DNA of 64,000 nt, from positions 20,210-84,209 of the forward strand of contig UQMW01000002.1 of NCBI GenBank assembly GCA_900542275.1, given 5' to 3'. Positions 17,851-28,020 of the stretch are shown piece after piece. Position numbers and translations under genes: made by a program. The notes beneath the pieces were generated by a model. It was not told where the DNA came from and made no database searches. It worked only from the letters and a program-made list of their open reading frames with translations. Position 1 is the first letter of the stretch. Every line of letters begins with the position of its first letter. Origin of the DNA: an uncultured Collinsella sp. (GTDB lineage: Bacteria; Actinomycetota; Coriobacteriia; Coriobacteriales; Coriobacteriaceae).

Positions 17851-17981
17851 AACGGCTCCTTTCTGCTGATTGATGGCTTAAGCATACGCGGCAGCCGGCA
17901 CCCTTCCAAGCAACCGTTGGTTGCATGCAGATGGCGATGAGAGAGAATCGCAGCCTGCGCCCCACGCCTCCATGCCGTACA

Positions 17982-18728
17982 ATGACCGGCATGGAACCTA
18001 TTGCACGCATACATACCGACCTGCCGCAGAAGTTCGGCATTCCGCGCAACAGCTTTTTGGCGCCCCATCTGCAGGGGCGCATCGTCTTTGAGCCGGAATT
18101 TGCCTCCAACGCAGCAGTTGAGGGTCTGGATTCCTTCTCTCACCTATGGCTGCTGTGGCGTTTTGAAAACGGCACGCCCGGCGGCACGGCTAAGGACATA
18201 GCTGCCGATGCCAAGTCGCAGGACAGGTCCGGCACCAACGCAAAATGGTCGAAAACCGTGCGCCCGCCGCGTCTGGGCGGAGCCGAGCGCGTGGGCGTAT
18301 TTGCCACACGCAGCCCGTTTCGCCCCAATCCCATCGGTCTTACCTGCGTTGAGCTCGACCGCGTGGAGCTTACCGACGACGGCCCCATCATCCATGTGCT
18401 GGGAGCCGATCTGCGTGACGGCACGCCCATCTACGACATTAAGCCCTACATTCCGTTTGCGGATTGCCATCCAGATGCGACCGGCGGCTGGATTGAGGAT
18501 GCTCCGTGGCAAGAGCTCGATATCGAGTTCCCGCAAGCGCTGCAGGATATGATTCCGCCCGCAAAGCTCCCCGGCTTGATAGAGGTCCTTCGTCAAGATC
18601 CTCGCCGCGCGGGTAGCAAACACGAGCCAAACCGCGTCTACCATCTGGCTTACGCTGGGCTCGACATATCCTTTACGGTTGATGGAACCAGGTTGACGGT
18701 AATCGCCGTCAACGACGCGCGGGACTAG
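17982..18728 (+). CDS. trmO: tRNA (t6A37-N6)-methyltransferase TrmO/TsaA family
   Basis: PIARIHTDLPQKFGIPRNS, FATRSPFRPNPIGL, DGTPIYDIKPY motifs of the TsaA/TrmO beta-barrel. The start among Met20/Met23 of the track ORF is uncertain. Confidence 0.75.
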   Translation: MTGMEPIARIHTDLPQKFGIPRNSFLAPHLQGRIVFEPEFASNAAVEGLDSFSHLWLLWRFENGTPGGTAKDIAADAKSQDRSGTNAKWSKTVRPPRLGGAERVGVFATRSPFRPNPIGLTCVELDRVELTDDGPIIHVLGADLRDGTPIYDIKPYIPFADCHPDATGGWIEDAPWQELDIEFPQALQDMIPPAKLPGLIEVLRQDPRRAGSKHEPNRVYHLAYAGLDISFTVDGTRLTVIAVNDARD

Positions 18729-18841
18729 CCGGCCATTCGCCGGCGCCCGCCAAATTCAACGCCAAACCCTCATGACAAAATCGCCCACGCTGGTGGACAA
18801 TAACGCCTACCAAAACAATCCGCTTTGCACGGGAGCTCAGC

Positions 18842-20056
18842 ATGAAATACGACTTTACTTCGCTTATCGACCGCCACGGCATGGACGCCATCGCCGTTGA
18901 CTCCTGGGGTGAAATCCCCGGCATGGCTCCGAACGCGCCCGACGAGGGCTTCGACCGCATCCCCATGTGGGTGGCGGACATGAACTTTGCCACGGTGCCC
19001 ACGGTCCAGGAGCACATCATTCAGCGCGCCCAGCATCCCATGTTTGGCTATTTCGATCCTCGCCCCGAGTACTTCGACCGCATCATCGAATGGCAGAGCC
19101 GCCGTAATGGCGTCGAGGGCCTGCTCCCGGAGCATATCGGCTACGAGAACGGCGTGCTGGGCGGCGTCGTGTCGACCCTGCGCGCGTATGTCCAGCCGGG
19201 CGATGCGGTGCTGGTCCACAGCCCGACCTACATCGGCTTTACCAAGTCCATCGAAGCCGCGGGCTATCGCATTGTCCACAGCCCGCTTAAGCTCGACGAC
19301 CAGGGCGTGTGGCGTATGGACTTTGAGGACATGGAGCGCAAGCTCGCCCAAAACCACATCCATGCTGCGGTGTTCTGCTCGCCGCACAATCCCTGCGGTC
19401 GCGTATGGGAGCGCGACGAGATCGAACGTGCCATGGACATCTATCGCCAGCACGATTGTGTGGTGATCTCGGATGAGATTTGGTCCGATATCATCCTGCC
19501 GGGCCACAAGCATATCCCGACGCAGTCGGTGAGCGAGGATGCCCGCATGCGCACGGTCGCCCTCTATGCGCCGAGCAAGACGTTTAACCTGGCGGGCCTG
19601 GTCGGCAGCTACCACATCATCTATAACGAGACGCTGCGCGACCGCGTGTGCGCCGTGTCCAATAAGACCCACTACAACGAGATGAATGTCCTTTCGATGC
19701 ACGCGCTTATCGGTGCCTACCAGCCGCAGGGCTACGAGTGGCTCGATGAGCTCAACGAGGTTATCGAGGGCAACATTGACTACTTCTGCGATTACGTTGA
19801 CGAGCATTTTGCGGGCGTGTCCTATTCGCGTCCGCAAGGCACCTATATGGTGTTCTTGGACTGCACCGAGTGGTGTCGCGAGCATGGCCGCGATATTCAG
19901 TGGTTGCTCGACGAGGGGGCGCGCGTGGGCGTGGGGTATCATGACGGCCGTCCGTTCCACGGACCCTGCCACATTCGCGTGAATCTGGCGCTGCCGCTTT
20001 CGCATGTAAGGGAGGCGTGCGACCGCCTGGACCGCTACGTTTTTAATGCACAGTAA
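18842..20056 (+). CDS. PatB/MalY-family PLP-dependent C-S lyase (aminotransferase class I/II)
   Basis: MKYDFTSLIDRHGMDAIAVD N-terminus and PLP-lysine motif YAPSKTFNLAGL. Confidence 0.85.
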   Translation: MKYDFTSLIDRHGMDAIAVDSWGEIPGMAPNAPDEGFDRIPMWVADMNFATVPTVQEHIIQRAQHPMFGYFDPRPEYFDRIIEWQSRRNGVEGLLPEHIGYENGVLGGVVSTLRAYVQPGDAVLVHSPTYIGFTKSIEAAGYRIVHSPLKLDDQGVWRMDFEDMERKLAQNHIHAAVFCSPHNPCGRVWERDEIERAMDIYRQHDCVVISDEIWSDIILPGHKHIPTQSVSEDARMRTVALYAPSKTFNLAGLVGSYHIIYNETLRDRVCAVSNKTHYNEMNVLSMHALIGAYQPQGYEWLDELNEVIEGNIDYFCDYVDEHFAGVSYSRPQGTYMVFLDCTEWCREHGRDIQWLLDEGARVGVGYHDGRPFHGPCHIRVNLALPLSHVREACDRLDRYVFNAQ

Positions 20057-20198
20057 GTGAGCGCTGCATGCGGGGCCGTCTGCCAGATTGGCTGGAAGGC
20101 CCCGCATGGTAAAGCATCTGTAACCATTGAGCGCAAGCGCGGTTTTGTCTGCTAATATCTTTGCTCTTGAGTCTGTAAACAGGATCGTCTGGAGCTCG

Positions 20199-21068
20199 AT
20201 GAAAAGACCTCGTCGCTCGGTCGCCATATCGTTGTTTGTTGCGCTTGCAGTGGTGAGTGCCTTTGTCGTGGCGATAACTGGCTGTTCCGGGTCGAATGAC
20301 GGGGCCGCGGCGTCTGCATCAGAAGGCGCGGCCGCCTCGCAGGTCAAAGACGACAATCTTAAGACGCTCAACGTCGGCAGCGACCTCTATCCGCCGTTTG
20401 TGTATAGCGACGAGTACGGCAATATTGTTGGCCTGGATGTCGAGATTTTGACCGAGGCTTTGGCCCGCATTGGTTACAAGCCAAAATACCAGCTGATCGA
20501 CTGGGAAAAGAAGAAAGAACTGCTGGCGAGCGGCGAGCTCGATTGTGTCATGGGCAGCTTTAGTATGACGGGCCGCGAAAACGAATATCGCTGGGCCGGC
20601 CCGTACCTTGCGAGCCGCCAGGTGGTCGCGGTCGATCCCGAGAGCGATATCTACACGCTTGCCGATCTTGAGGGTAAGGTCGTGGCGGTCCAGTCCACCA
20701 CCAAGCCCGAGTCGATTCTGCTCAATCGTGCCAGTGAAAACGTTCCGCAGATCAAGGAGCTCTACAGCTTTTCGGACCGCTCGTACCTGAACCCGGCGCT
20801 CGTCGAGGGCCTGGTCGATGCCATCGCCGCGCATGAGTCCTCGCTGCTTACTTACGAAAAAGACTATGGTGTGACGTATCGCATTCTGTCTGAGCCGCTG
20901 CTTGAGGTTGGGTTGGGCACCGCTTTCGATCTCAACGACACACGCGGCATTGACGTTAAGCTCACCCATGCCTATCAAGAAATGCTTGCCGATGGCACCA
21001 TGGAACGCCTGGTGTCAAAGTACTATGATGACCCTTCGCCGTTTTTGAATGTGGAGGGCCTGTCATGA
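20199..21068 (+). CDS. amino-acid ABC-type substrate-binding lipoprotein (SBP family 3)
   Basis: Signal peptide with lipobox ITGCSGS; SBP_bac_3-like body (LNVGSDLYPPFVY...GFDVEI...DCVMGSFSMT). ATGA overlap with the downstream hybrid kinase. Confidence 0.8.
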   Translation: MKRPRRSVAISLFVALAVVSAFVVAITGCSGSNDGAAASASEGAAASQVKDDNLKTLNVGSDLYPPFVYSDEYGNIVGLDVEILTEALARIGYKPKYQLIDWEKKKELLASGELDCVMGSFSMTGRENEYRWAGPYLASRQVVAVDPESDIYTLADLEGKVVAVQSTTKPESILLNRASENVPQIKELYSFSDRSYLNPALVEGLVDAIAAHESSLLTYEKDYGVTYRILSEPLLEVGLGTAFDLNDTRGIDVKLTHAYQEMLADGTMERLVSKYYDDPSPFLNVEGLS

Positions 21069-23257
21069 TTGATGCGTCCGACCACACCGCTCAGGAGCGG
21101 GGCGATCGTTCGGCACGGGAATGGCTCATCGTCGTCCTGTTGGGGATAGCGCTCTCGATTGTTGCCGGCATGACGAGCTACGCCTACACGACAGCTCAGG
21201 CCGAGCAGCGCTTTGCCGACGTTGTCGATTACGTGGCGACACAGAGCCTTTCCTACGATGCGTTCAACAGCGCCTATGCGACCAAAAACCTGATTCGCGT
21301 TATGGAGATCGCCGGAGAGGCGGCGCGCGATATGGAGCGCGACGGCTCGGTGGATAACGCTACGTTGGAGCAATATGCTGACCAGTTTAATGTGACAGCG
21401 CTGATCGTAACGGATACATCGGGCAACTTGGTGTCCGAGTCCTCGAAGGATGACGTGGGCTACGAGTCGCTCGCTGCGAATCTCAAAGAGGCGCCTGCGC
21501 TGGAGGTGGCAGCCCATCCGCTTAAGTCCTATACCGCTCGCATTACGCTTGCGGACGATTCGGTCGCAGACATTGGCTGCGTGGCCCGGCGGGACGGTGA
21601 GGGCATCGTTGTCGCGGTGAGGCACCAGAGCGCCAAGGCGGTCGCGAGCAATACGCTCAAGTTGCAGAGCTTGCTCGATGGTTATGAGACCATCGATAGC
21701 GGTAACATCGTGATTGAAAACGACGGTAAGGTCGTTGCGACCAACGCTGTTGAGCCCGCCGTGTCAGGCGTGTTCGATTTGCCTGCGACGGATGCCATCG
21801 TTGTCAACGGCATTAAGGAGCGTTGCCTGGCTGGTAAGGTCAGATTGGTTAACGACAGCGGTGAGTGGTATCTGGGCACATTTGGTAAAGCGCGCGATTT
21901 TTACGTGTACACCTATGCTCCCGCGCAGCGTTACTTTGAGGTTGTTGCCGCTGTTGCTGCCAGTGTGTTGGCACTCTACGGCGGTGTTATAGCCACTGTT
22001 GTGTTGGTGCGCCGCCGCGCCGAGAGCCAACGCTTTACCGACCTGTTGCTGCAGGAGCGCGACTATGGCGACAAGCTAGCAAAGGCAGCGCGTGAGGCCT
22101 CGTCTGCCAACTCGGCAAAGACGGAGTTTTTGCGTCGCATGAGCCACGATCTGCGCACGCCCATCAACGGCATTCGCGGCATGGTCGAGGTCGGCGATGC
22201 TAATGCGGACGATCTGCAAAAGCAGACCGAGTGCCGCTCAAAGATCTGGACGGCATCGGGACTGCTGCTCGACCTTGCCAACGAGGCCCTGGATATGAGT
22301 CGCCTGGAGAGTGGGCAGATCGATCTGAACCTCGTACCCATAAATTTGGTGGCCCTCAACTGTGAAGTGCGCGATATTTTGGAGCGCCAGGCCGAGGAGC
22401 GTCTGGTGACAATTATCTGCGACCAGCAGACGCTTGATCATCCCTATGTGCGGGTGAGCGTGACGCACCTCAAGCGCTTGTTGCTCAATATTGCCGGCAA
22501 TGCCGTCAAGTACAACCGCCAGGGCGGCTATGTTCGCCTGGTGTGCCGCGAGGTGGAGCCAGCGGATGGCGTCCCCGTCTATGAATACACGATCGCCGAC
22601 AACGGTATTGGCATGAGCGAGGAGTTCCAACAGCACCTCTACGAGCCGTTTTGCCGCGAGGAGCAACAGGTGGAAGGTGCCTCATCGGGAACTGGCCTGG
22701 GTGCGCCTATCGCAAAACAGTTGGTCGAGCTTATGGGCGGAACCATGAGTTTTACGAGCGTCTTGGGGCAGGGGACGACGTTTACCATCCGCCTGCCGTT
22801 CGAGAAATGCAAACGCTCTGAGATTCCTCAGGCAGTTCGCGTGGATGGGGGCGATGGCGATGCGCTCCAGGGCTTGCGTGTTTTGCTCGTAGAGGATAAC
22901 GATCTGAATGCCGAGATCGCGCAGTTTACACTCAGCCGTGCCGGTGCCGTCGTGACGCATGCTAAGGATGGCGAGTCTGCCGTTGAGGCGTTTGCCGCGA
23001 GCGCGCCGCTCGAGTACGACGTGGTGTTGATGGACATCATGATGCCGGGCATCGATGGCCTTGAGGCCACGCGTCGGATTCGAGCACTCGATCGTGAGGA
23101 TGCCGCGACCACGCCGATTATCGCCGTGAGCGCCAACGCCTTTGCCGACGATCGCAGGCTTTCGCGCGAGGCGGGCATGAACGCGCACCTGAGTAAACCC
23201 GTGAGTTCGCAGGAGCTCGTTGAGGCGCTTGCGCACATAGCCGCCGACGCTTTATAG
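21065..23257 (+). CDS. hybrid sensor histidine kinase/response regulator
   Basis: H-box FLRRMSHDLRTPINGI; G-box GTGLGAPIAKQLVELMGG; C-terminal receiver VLLVEDNDLNAEIA...VLMDIMMPGIDG. Confidence 0.85.
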   Translation: MIDASDHTAQERGDRSAREWLIVVLLGIALSIVAGMTSYAYTTAQAEQRFADVVDYVATQSLSYDAFNSAYATKNLIRVMEIAGEAARDMERDGSVDNATLEQYADQFNVTALIVTDTSGNLVSESSKDDVGYESLAANLKEAPALEVAAHPLKSYTARITLADDSVADIGCVARRDGEGIVVAVRHQSAKAVASNTLKLQSLLDGYETIDSGNIVIENDGKVVATNAVEPAVSGVFDLPATDAIVVNGIKERCLAGKVRLVNDSGEWYLGTFGKARDFYVYTYAPAQRYFEVVAAVAASVLALYGGVIATVVLVRRRAESQRFTDLLLQERDYGDKLAKAAREASSANSAKTEFLRRMSHDLRTPINGIRGMVEVGDANADDLQKQTECRSKIWTASGLLLDLANEALDMSRLESGQIDLNLVPINLVALNCEVRDILERQAEERLVTIICDQQTLDHPYVRVSVTHLKRLLLNIAGNAVKYNRQGGYVRLVCREVEPADGVPVYEYTIADNGIGMSEEFQQHLYEPFCREEQQVEGASSGTGLGAPIAKQLVELMGGTMSFTSVLGQGTTFTIRLPFEKCKRSEIPQAVRVDGGDGDALQGLRVLLVEDNDLNAEIAQFTLSRAGAVVTHAKDGESAVEAFAASAPLEYDVVLMDIMMPGIDGLEATRRIRALDREDAATTPIIAVSANAFADDRRLSREAGMNAHLSKPVSSQELVEALAHIAADAL

Positions 23258-23259
23258 GC

Positions 23260-23299
23260 ATGTGGCCCGGTTCCAATGTTGGTTGGAATCGGGCCACAT
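23260..23299. terminator. hairpin between convergent genes (candidate bidirectional terminator)
   Basis: ATGTGGCCCGGTTCCAA-loop-TTGGAATCGGGCCACAT, 17-bp arms with one mismatch, directly after the kinase stop. Only a weak T-tract. Confidence 0.45.
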
Positions 23300-23325
23300 T
23301 GCTATTGATGAGGCCTGCTGAGGGC

Positions 23326-23805
23326 TTACTTTTCCTGAATCTGCTTGCCGCAGAGATGCTCAATCGAAATCTCGTAGAGCTGGACGCCCTTAATGTCCTT
23401 GGCGATTTCCTCTTCGACTTCCTCGGCGGAAGGGTAGTACTTAAGGGCGAGCTGGCGGACTTTGTCTTCGATAAACGCGGGAGTGTCGTTCGCCAGTCGA
23501 CAGCGGCCAAAGACCACGGTGCTCATAACGTAGGGAGCCCAGTCACCGTCCTTGTGCCACTCGTTGCCGTAAACGGTAAAGCAGACCTTGTCATCGCGCT
23601 TGAGTGCGTCGACCTTGTGGCCGGCTTTGGCGCCATGGAAATAGATCTTGTCGTGCTCGGTGTCAAAGAAGTAGTTGACGGGAATGGCGTACGGGTAGCC
23701 ATCGTCGCCGTTGACGGCAAAGACGCCGCGCTTGCAGGTAGCGAGCAGTTCGCGCGCTTCCTCGTCAGTGATGGCGCGTTTCTTTCGACGTAAGGGCCTA
23801 AACAT
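23326..23805 (-). CDS. pyridoxamine 5'-phosphate oxidase family FMN-binding protein
   Basis: GVFAVNGDDGYPYAIPVNYFF...IYFHGAKAGHK split-barrel motifs. Start at the MFRPLRRKK Met. Confidence 0.8.
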   Translation of the reverse strand: MFRPLRRKKRAITDEEARELLATCKRGVFAVNGDDGYPYAIPVNYFFDTEHDKIYFHGAKAGHKVDALKRDDKVCFTVYGNEWHKDGDWAPYVMSTVVFGRCRLANDTPAFIEDKVRQLALKYYPSAEEVEEEIAKDIKGVQLYEISIEHLCGKQIQEK

Positions 23806-23847
23806 CGTTGGCTTCCTTTCTGGTCGTGCGTGGTGGTTGAGCACAAA

Positions 23848-26658
23848 CTATAGCGAAACGGGTCCGTTTTTCTTGATGCGGGCGAGTATGATTTTGAGCT
23901 TGTTAAAGTCGAGCGGTTTGGACAGATGGGCGTTCATGCCGGCGTCGTGTGTCGCCTTGGCGTCCTCGGCAAAGGCATTGGCGGTGAGCGCGATGATGGG
24001 GATATCGGCTGCATCGGCCTTCTTGCTCAGGCGAATCGCGCGGGTTGCCTCATAGCCGTCCATGCCCGGCATCATGATGTCCATCAGGATCGCATCGAAG
24101 CTGCCGGCGGGATGAGACAGGTACAGATCGACGACTTCGTTGCCGTTGACGGCGCGGGTGACCACGACGCCCTCGGATTCTAGCAGCGTCTGGGCAATCT
24201 CGGCATTCAATTCGTTGTCTTCGGCGAGCAGCACGTTCATGTCGGCGAGCGAGCAGTCGAGCGCCCTCTCGACCGTATTCGCCCGCGCCCGGGGGTTCTT
24301 GTCGATATCGAGCGGAATTTCCACGTAGAACGTGGTGCCCACATGGAGTTCGCTGGTGACTTCGATGGTGCCGCCCATCAGTTCAATAAGTGACTTGACG
24401 ATTGGCATGCCCATGCCGGTTCCCTGGAACTTGCTGCGCGCATCGTTACCTTCCTGGGCAAACGGCTCATAGATATGCTTTAAAAACTCGGGAGCCATGC
24501 CAATGCCGGTGTCCGAAACGCTAAAGCAAAAGAGTGCGCGCCCGTTATCGAGTGGCTTGGTCTGTGAGCTAAAGGTGACGGAGCCGCCGTGCTTGTTGTA
24601 CTTAATGCTGTTGTCTAGCAGGTTGATTATGATCCGTCGGATATGGGTGGGACTGCCGATCATATATGGCCCCGTGGCGTACGGCAGGCTATTGTTCTGC
24701 ATTGTGATGCCGTTACCGGACGCGCGGAGCTTGCACAGCACCAGCGCATCGTCACAGAGCTCTTTGAGGTTAAAAGGCGCATGTTCCAGCGTTAGCTTGC
24801 GGTCTTCGATTTTGCCCATCTCGAGGATATCGTTGATCAGCGAGAGCAGGTGATTGGCGGCAACACGCGCCTTGGCGCGGCTTTCGCGGGCGACTTGCAT
24901 ATCGCCTTCCTTCAATTCCTCAATTTCGATAAGGCCCAGGATGCCGTTGAGCGGCGTGCGGATGTCGTGACTCATGCGCGTGAGGAATGCTGTCTTAGCG
25001 GCGTTGGCGGCATCGGCTTTTTTGCGCTCGGTTCGAGCGCGCACGAGCGCCCAGATGAGCAGGACGATGCCGACCGACAACATACCGATGAGGGTAGCTG
25101 CAATGGCGGCGCGGTTGCGATAAAGGAATTGAAGTGTGTCGGATTCCTGGGCCGTGTACGACGTGGAGGAGTAATTGCTTGCGGAGAGCGATTCTCCGGC
25201 ATTGATGATGCCCTTGTTGATGATACCCAGCAGCTCGGGCTTTCCGCGCGAAATCCAGCACGAGAGCTCACAGGTGTCAGGGAGCTCGACCGTCTCGCAG
25301 TCCTCGAGGTCATAACGGTCGCCGATGGTTTTTACGCGTGAACTGGGAGCGACGATGCAGTGTGCCGCTCTCTTCCTGAGGGCGTCGAACGCTTCATCGT
25401 CGGATTGGTATTCGGTCACGGTCGCTGTGGGGAATAGACTTCCAAGTGCATTTTTGTTGACAAACGATGATTTGGTACAGGCGATGTTCTGAAGGTCTTT
25501 GTTCAGGTTGCTGCCGGTGTGGATGGCGGTGAGGGACATGGTCCCCAACGATACCGACTGCACAACGCCTGTTTGCTCGGCAAACCAGTAATCTCGGTAT
25601 ACCGGCAGCGCAACGTCTATGCTTCCCTTTGACAGGGCCTTTGACATCATCTTGTAGCTATCAAAGGCGACGGTTTTGACCGTAATGCCAAATTTATCGT
25701 GCAGCGTCGTCGCAAGCGATGCGAGCGAACCTTCCATTTCGCCGTCTTCGTCTTCGTTACAGTAGGGGAGTTTGCCCGTAATGTAGCCGAGCGTGATGGT
25801 GTTGTTGTTTGCTTTGAGCCAGGAACGTTCGGGGCCGTTGAGCGATGATGAACCGCTGTTTTGGGCCGAGTAGTTAGATTTGACTTCGTCGATATAGCGT
25901 GGGTTGACGCGGGCGATTGCCGTCATGGCGGCATTGATGTCGTCCATCAGGTCGGAGCGGCTTTTGGGGACGGCAAAGTAGTAGTCGCTCGAACCAATGT
26001 AGAACATGGGGGAGGCGCTGGGCGACGAGGTCGTGTCGTTCATGATGATGGCATCGACCTCGTTGTTTGCGAGCGCGTCAAAGAGAACGGAGTTTCCGTC
26101 ATACTCCCTGTATGTACAGGCGATTCCTTCGTTGGTGAGCCACTGCTGGCCAACGAAGGTTTGCATAACGCCGGGGTTGCAGCCGATGGTAAGGCCTTGG
26201 AGCGCTTGGGGGTCACCCTTGGCCAGATCGTCGCGCTCGGGCTTGGCGTAGATGTAGTAGCGCTCAGTGCCCTCGGGGTTCGAGGAAAAGAGCAGCTTTT
26301 GGGCGCGTTCCTCGGAGTAGGAGATGTTGGACATGAGGTCGATCTCGCCCGTCTCGAGCATGTCCATAAGCTCGGTGAAGGTGCCGGAGACGTATTCGTA
26401 CCGCCAGCCGGGCGTGTAGTACGACAGGGTCTGGAGGTACTCGTAACCCCATCCCGAGAGACGCTCGCCGGGGGTGCCATCCTGGAAGCCCTCGTTGTTG
26501 ACGAGCCAACCAACGCGGACCGTTTTGACCTGCTGATCGGTATTGGCGGCATAGGCGGGGGCGGGCATGATGGTGCTCAGTACGGCGAGCACGGCAAGCG
26601 CGACGGCCAAGGTGCGATATATAACTGAACGAAGGACAGCGGAAGCTCTCACATGCAA
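23848..26658 (-). CDS. hybrid sensor histidine kinase/response regulator with two periplasmic SBP-3 type domains
   Basis: Signal/TM, two solute-binding-like repeats (VRVGW..., ITLGYI...), FLTRMSHDIRTPLNGILG, GTGMGMPIVKSLIELMGG, receiver VLLAEDNELNAEIA...ILMDIMMPGMDG. Confidence 0.85.
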   Translation of the reverse strand: MHVRASAVLRSVIYRTLAVALAVLAVLSTIMPAPAYAANTDQQVKTVRVGWLVNNEGFQDGTPGERLSGWGYEYLQTLSYYTPGWRYEYVSGTFTELMDMLETGEIDLMSNISYSEERAQKLLFSSNPEGTERYYIYAKPERDDLAKGDPQALQGLTIGCNPGVMQTFVGQQWLTNEGIACTYREYDGNSVLFDALANNEVDAIIMNDTTSSPSASPMFYIGSSDYYFAVPKSRSDLMDDINAAMTAIARVNPRYIDEVKSNYSAQNSGSSSLNGPERSWLKANNNTITLGYITGKLPYCNEDEDGEMEGSLASLATTLHDKFGITVKTVAFDSYKMMSKALSKGSIDVALPVYRDYWFAEQTGVVQSVSLGTMSLTAIHTGSNLNKDLQNIACTKSSFVNKNALGSLFPTATVTEYQSDDEAFDALRKRAAHCIVAPSSRVKTIGDRYDLEDCETVELPDTCELSCWISRGKPELLGIINKGIINAGESLSASNYSSTSYTAQESDTLQFLYRNRAAIAATLIGMLSVGIVLLIWALVRARTERKKADAANAAKTAFLTRMSHDIRTPLNGILGLIEIEELKEGDMQVARESRAKARVAANHLLSLINDILEMGKIEDRKLTLEHAPFNLKELCDDALVLCKLRASGNGITMQNNSLPYATGPYMIGSPTHIRRIIINLLDNSIKYNKHGGSVTFSSQTKPLDNGRALFCFSVSDTGIGMAPEFLKHIYEPFAQEGNDARSKFQGTGMGMPIVKSLIELMGGTIEVTSELHVGTTFYVEIPLDIDKNPRARANTVERALDCSLADMNVLLAEDNELNAEIAQTLLESEGVVVTRAVNGNEVVDLYLSHPAGSFDAILMDIMMPGMDGYEATRAIRLSKKADAADIPIIALTANAFAEDAKATHDAGMNAHLSKPLDFNKLKIILARIKKNGPVSL

Positions 26659-26750
26659 TCCTAACGAATCGAGACATTACCGCATAAGGATACCAGCTCA
26701 GCCTGCCCAGTCGGCAGCTGCACCGCTAAACGGTCCCGCCCGGCACTGGC

Positions 26751-26848
26751 GACTAGTCATTGGGGACGTTCTTGTTTGACTAGTCATTTAAGAACGTCCC
26801 CAATGACTACTTTCTGCCGGCACAAAAGGAACGTCCCCAAGTGCCGGA
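26751..26848. repeat. GGGGACGTTC-box repeat (nested palindromes)
   Basis: GACTAGTCATTGGGGACGTTCTTGTTTGACTAGTCATTTAAGAACGTCCCCAATGACTAC then CCGGCACAAAAGGAACGTCCCCAAGTGCCGG. Confidence 0.85.
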
Positions 26849-26900
26849 TGTGGGACAATACCGAGCGAATGTGATTGGGCGTCTGGGAAAAGGGGTCGCG

Positions 26901-27326
26901 ATGAACAAGTTGAGGACGCTTGCCGACGTGTTGCGCCAGGCTGGCTTTGCACGTATCACGGGCCTGTTTCTCGTCTTCTATCTGCTGTGCTCGACGGCCG
27001 TCTGGCTGTCCGAGCCCACGACCCTCACGTTTGGCGACGGCCTCTGGTTTAGCTTTGAGACCGTATCGACGATCGGCTTCGGTGATATCCCGGCCGAGAC
27101 GCCGGTTGCCCGCGCTATCACCGTCGTTTTGAGCGTCATCAGCATCTTCTACATCGCCATGCTCACGGGCGTGGCGGTGAACTACTGCAACACGCTTATC
27201 AAGATGCGTCAAAAGGACACCATGGCGCGCTTTATGGACGATCTTGAGCATTTGGAAGAGCTCGATCGTGACGAGCTCGCCGACCTGTCGCGCCGTGTGC
27301 GCGAATATCGCCGACGCCAACGCTAG
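26901..27326 (+). CDS. two-TM potassium channel family protein
   Basis: Selectivity-filter-like TVSTIGFGD between two TM helices. Start at the MNKLRT Met. Confidence 0.75.
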   Translation: MNKLRTLADVLRQAGFARITGLFLVFYLLCSTAVWLSEPTTLTFGDGLWFSFETVSTIGFGDIPAETPVARAITVVLSVISIFYIAMLTGVAVNYCNTLIKMRQKDTMARFMDDLEHLEELDRDELADLSRRVREYRRRQR

Positions 27327-27361
27327 AACGGGCGACGCGCGTCACGACGAGGGGGACTGAA

Positions 27362-27895
27362 ATGAATATCACCGTGTATCTGGGTGCCAGCGTCGGTAAT
27401 GACCCGGCGTTTCTACCTGCGGTACAGGAGCTGGGCAACTGGATTGGCACCAACGGCCACGCGCTGGTATACGGCGGGTCCAAATCGGGCCTGATGGGCG
27501 CGCTCGCCGATAGCGTGCTCGATGCTGGCGGACATGTGACGGGCGTGGAGCCGAGCTTTTTTATCGAGGCCGAGTTTCAGCACGACGGAATCGACGACCT
27601 CATCGTGACGAGCGATATGGCCGAGCGTAAAGCCAAGATGATCGAGCTTGGTGATGCCTTCATTGCCTTTCCCGGCGGGACGGGTACGCTCGAGGAGATT
27701 GCCGAGGTCATGTCCGCGGTGTCGTTGGGGCACCTGAGCGCGCCGTGTATTCTGTACAACTTGGACGGTTACTACAACGATCTCAAGGCGCTGCTCGGAC
27801 ACATGATTGATAAGGGCTTATCGAGCCCGAGGCGCCAGCTCGGCATCTACTTCGCCGACGATTTGCGTGAGATTGCCTCGATTATCAACGGATAA
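27362..27895 (+). CDS. LOG-family (TIGR00730-type) nucleotide phosphoribohydrolase
   Basis: LVYGGSKSGLMG and AFPGGTGTLEE motifs. Confidence 0.85.
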   Translation: MNITVYLGASVGNDPAFLPAVQELGNWIGTNGHALVYGGSKSGLMGALADSVLDAGGHVTGVEPSFFIEAEFQHDGIDDLIVTSDMAERKAKMIELGDAFIAFPGGTGTLEEIAEVMSAVSLGHLSAPCILYNLDGYYNDLKALLGHMIDKGLSSPRRQLGIYFADDLREIASIING

Positions 27896-28020
27896 GTCTT
27901 GAGCCTGCCCCACTATGACTCCCAATGGTGCCGTTTGCGGCGCAGGTGGTTGGCTCGTTCGGGCAACGCGCGCTCTACAATAAAATGTATCTATGTCGAC
28001 TTTGACCGCGGGAGGACCCG

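Noticed and set aside
18770-20371. 533-aa minus-strand ORF spanning the PatB gene and its flanks
   Set aside because: It is antisense to a PLP-lyase gene with a canonical N-terminus and SKTFN lysine motif. Its composition is an artefact of high G+C, and it crosses an intergenic region.
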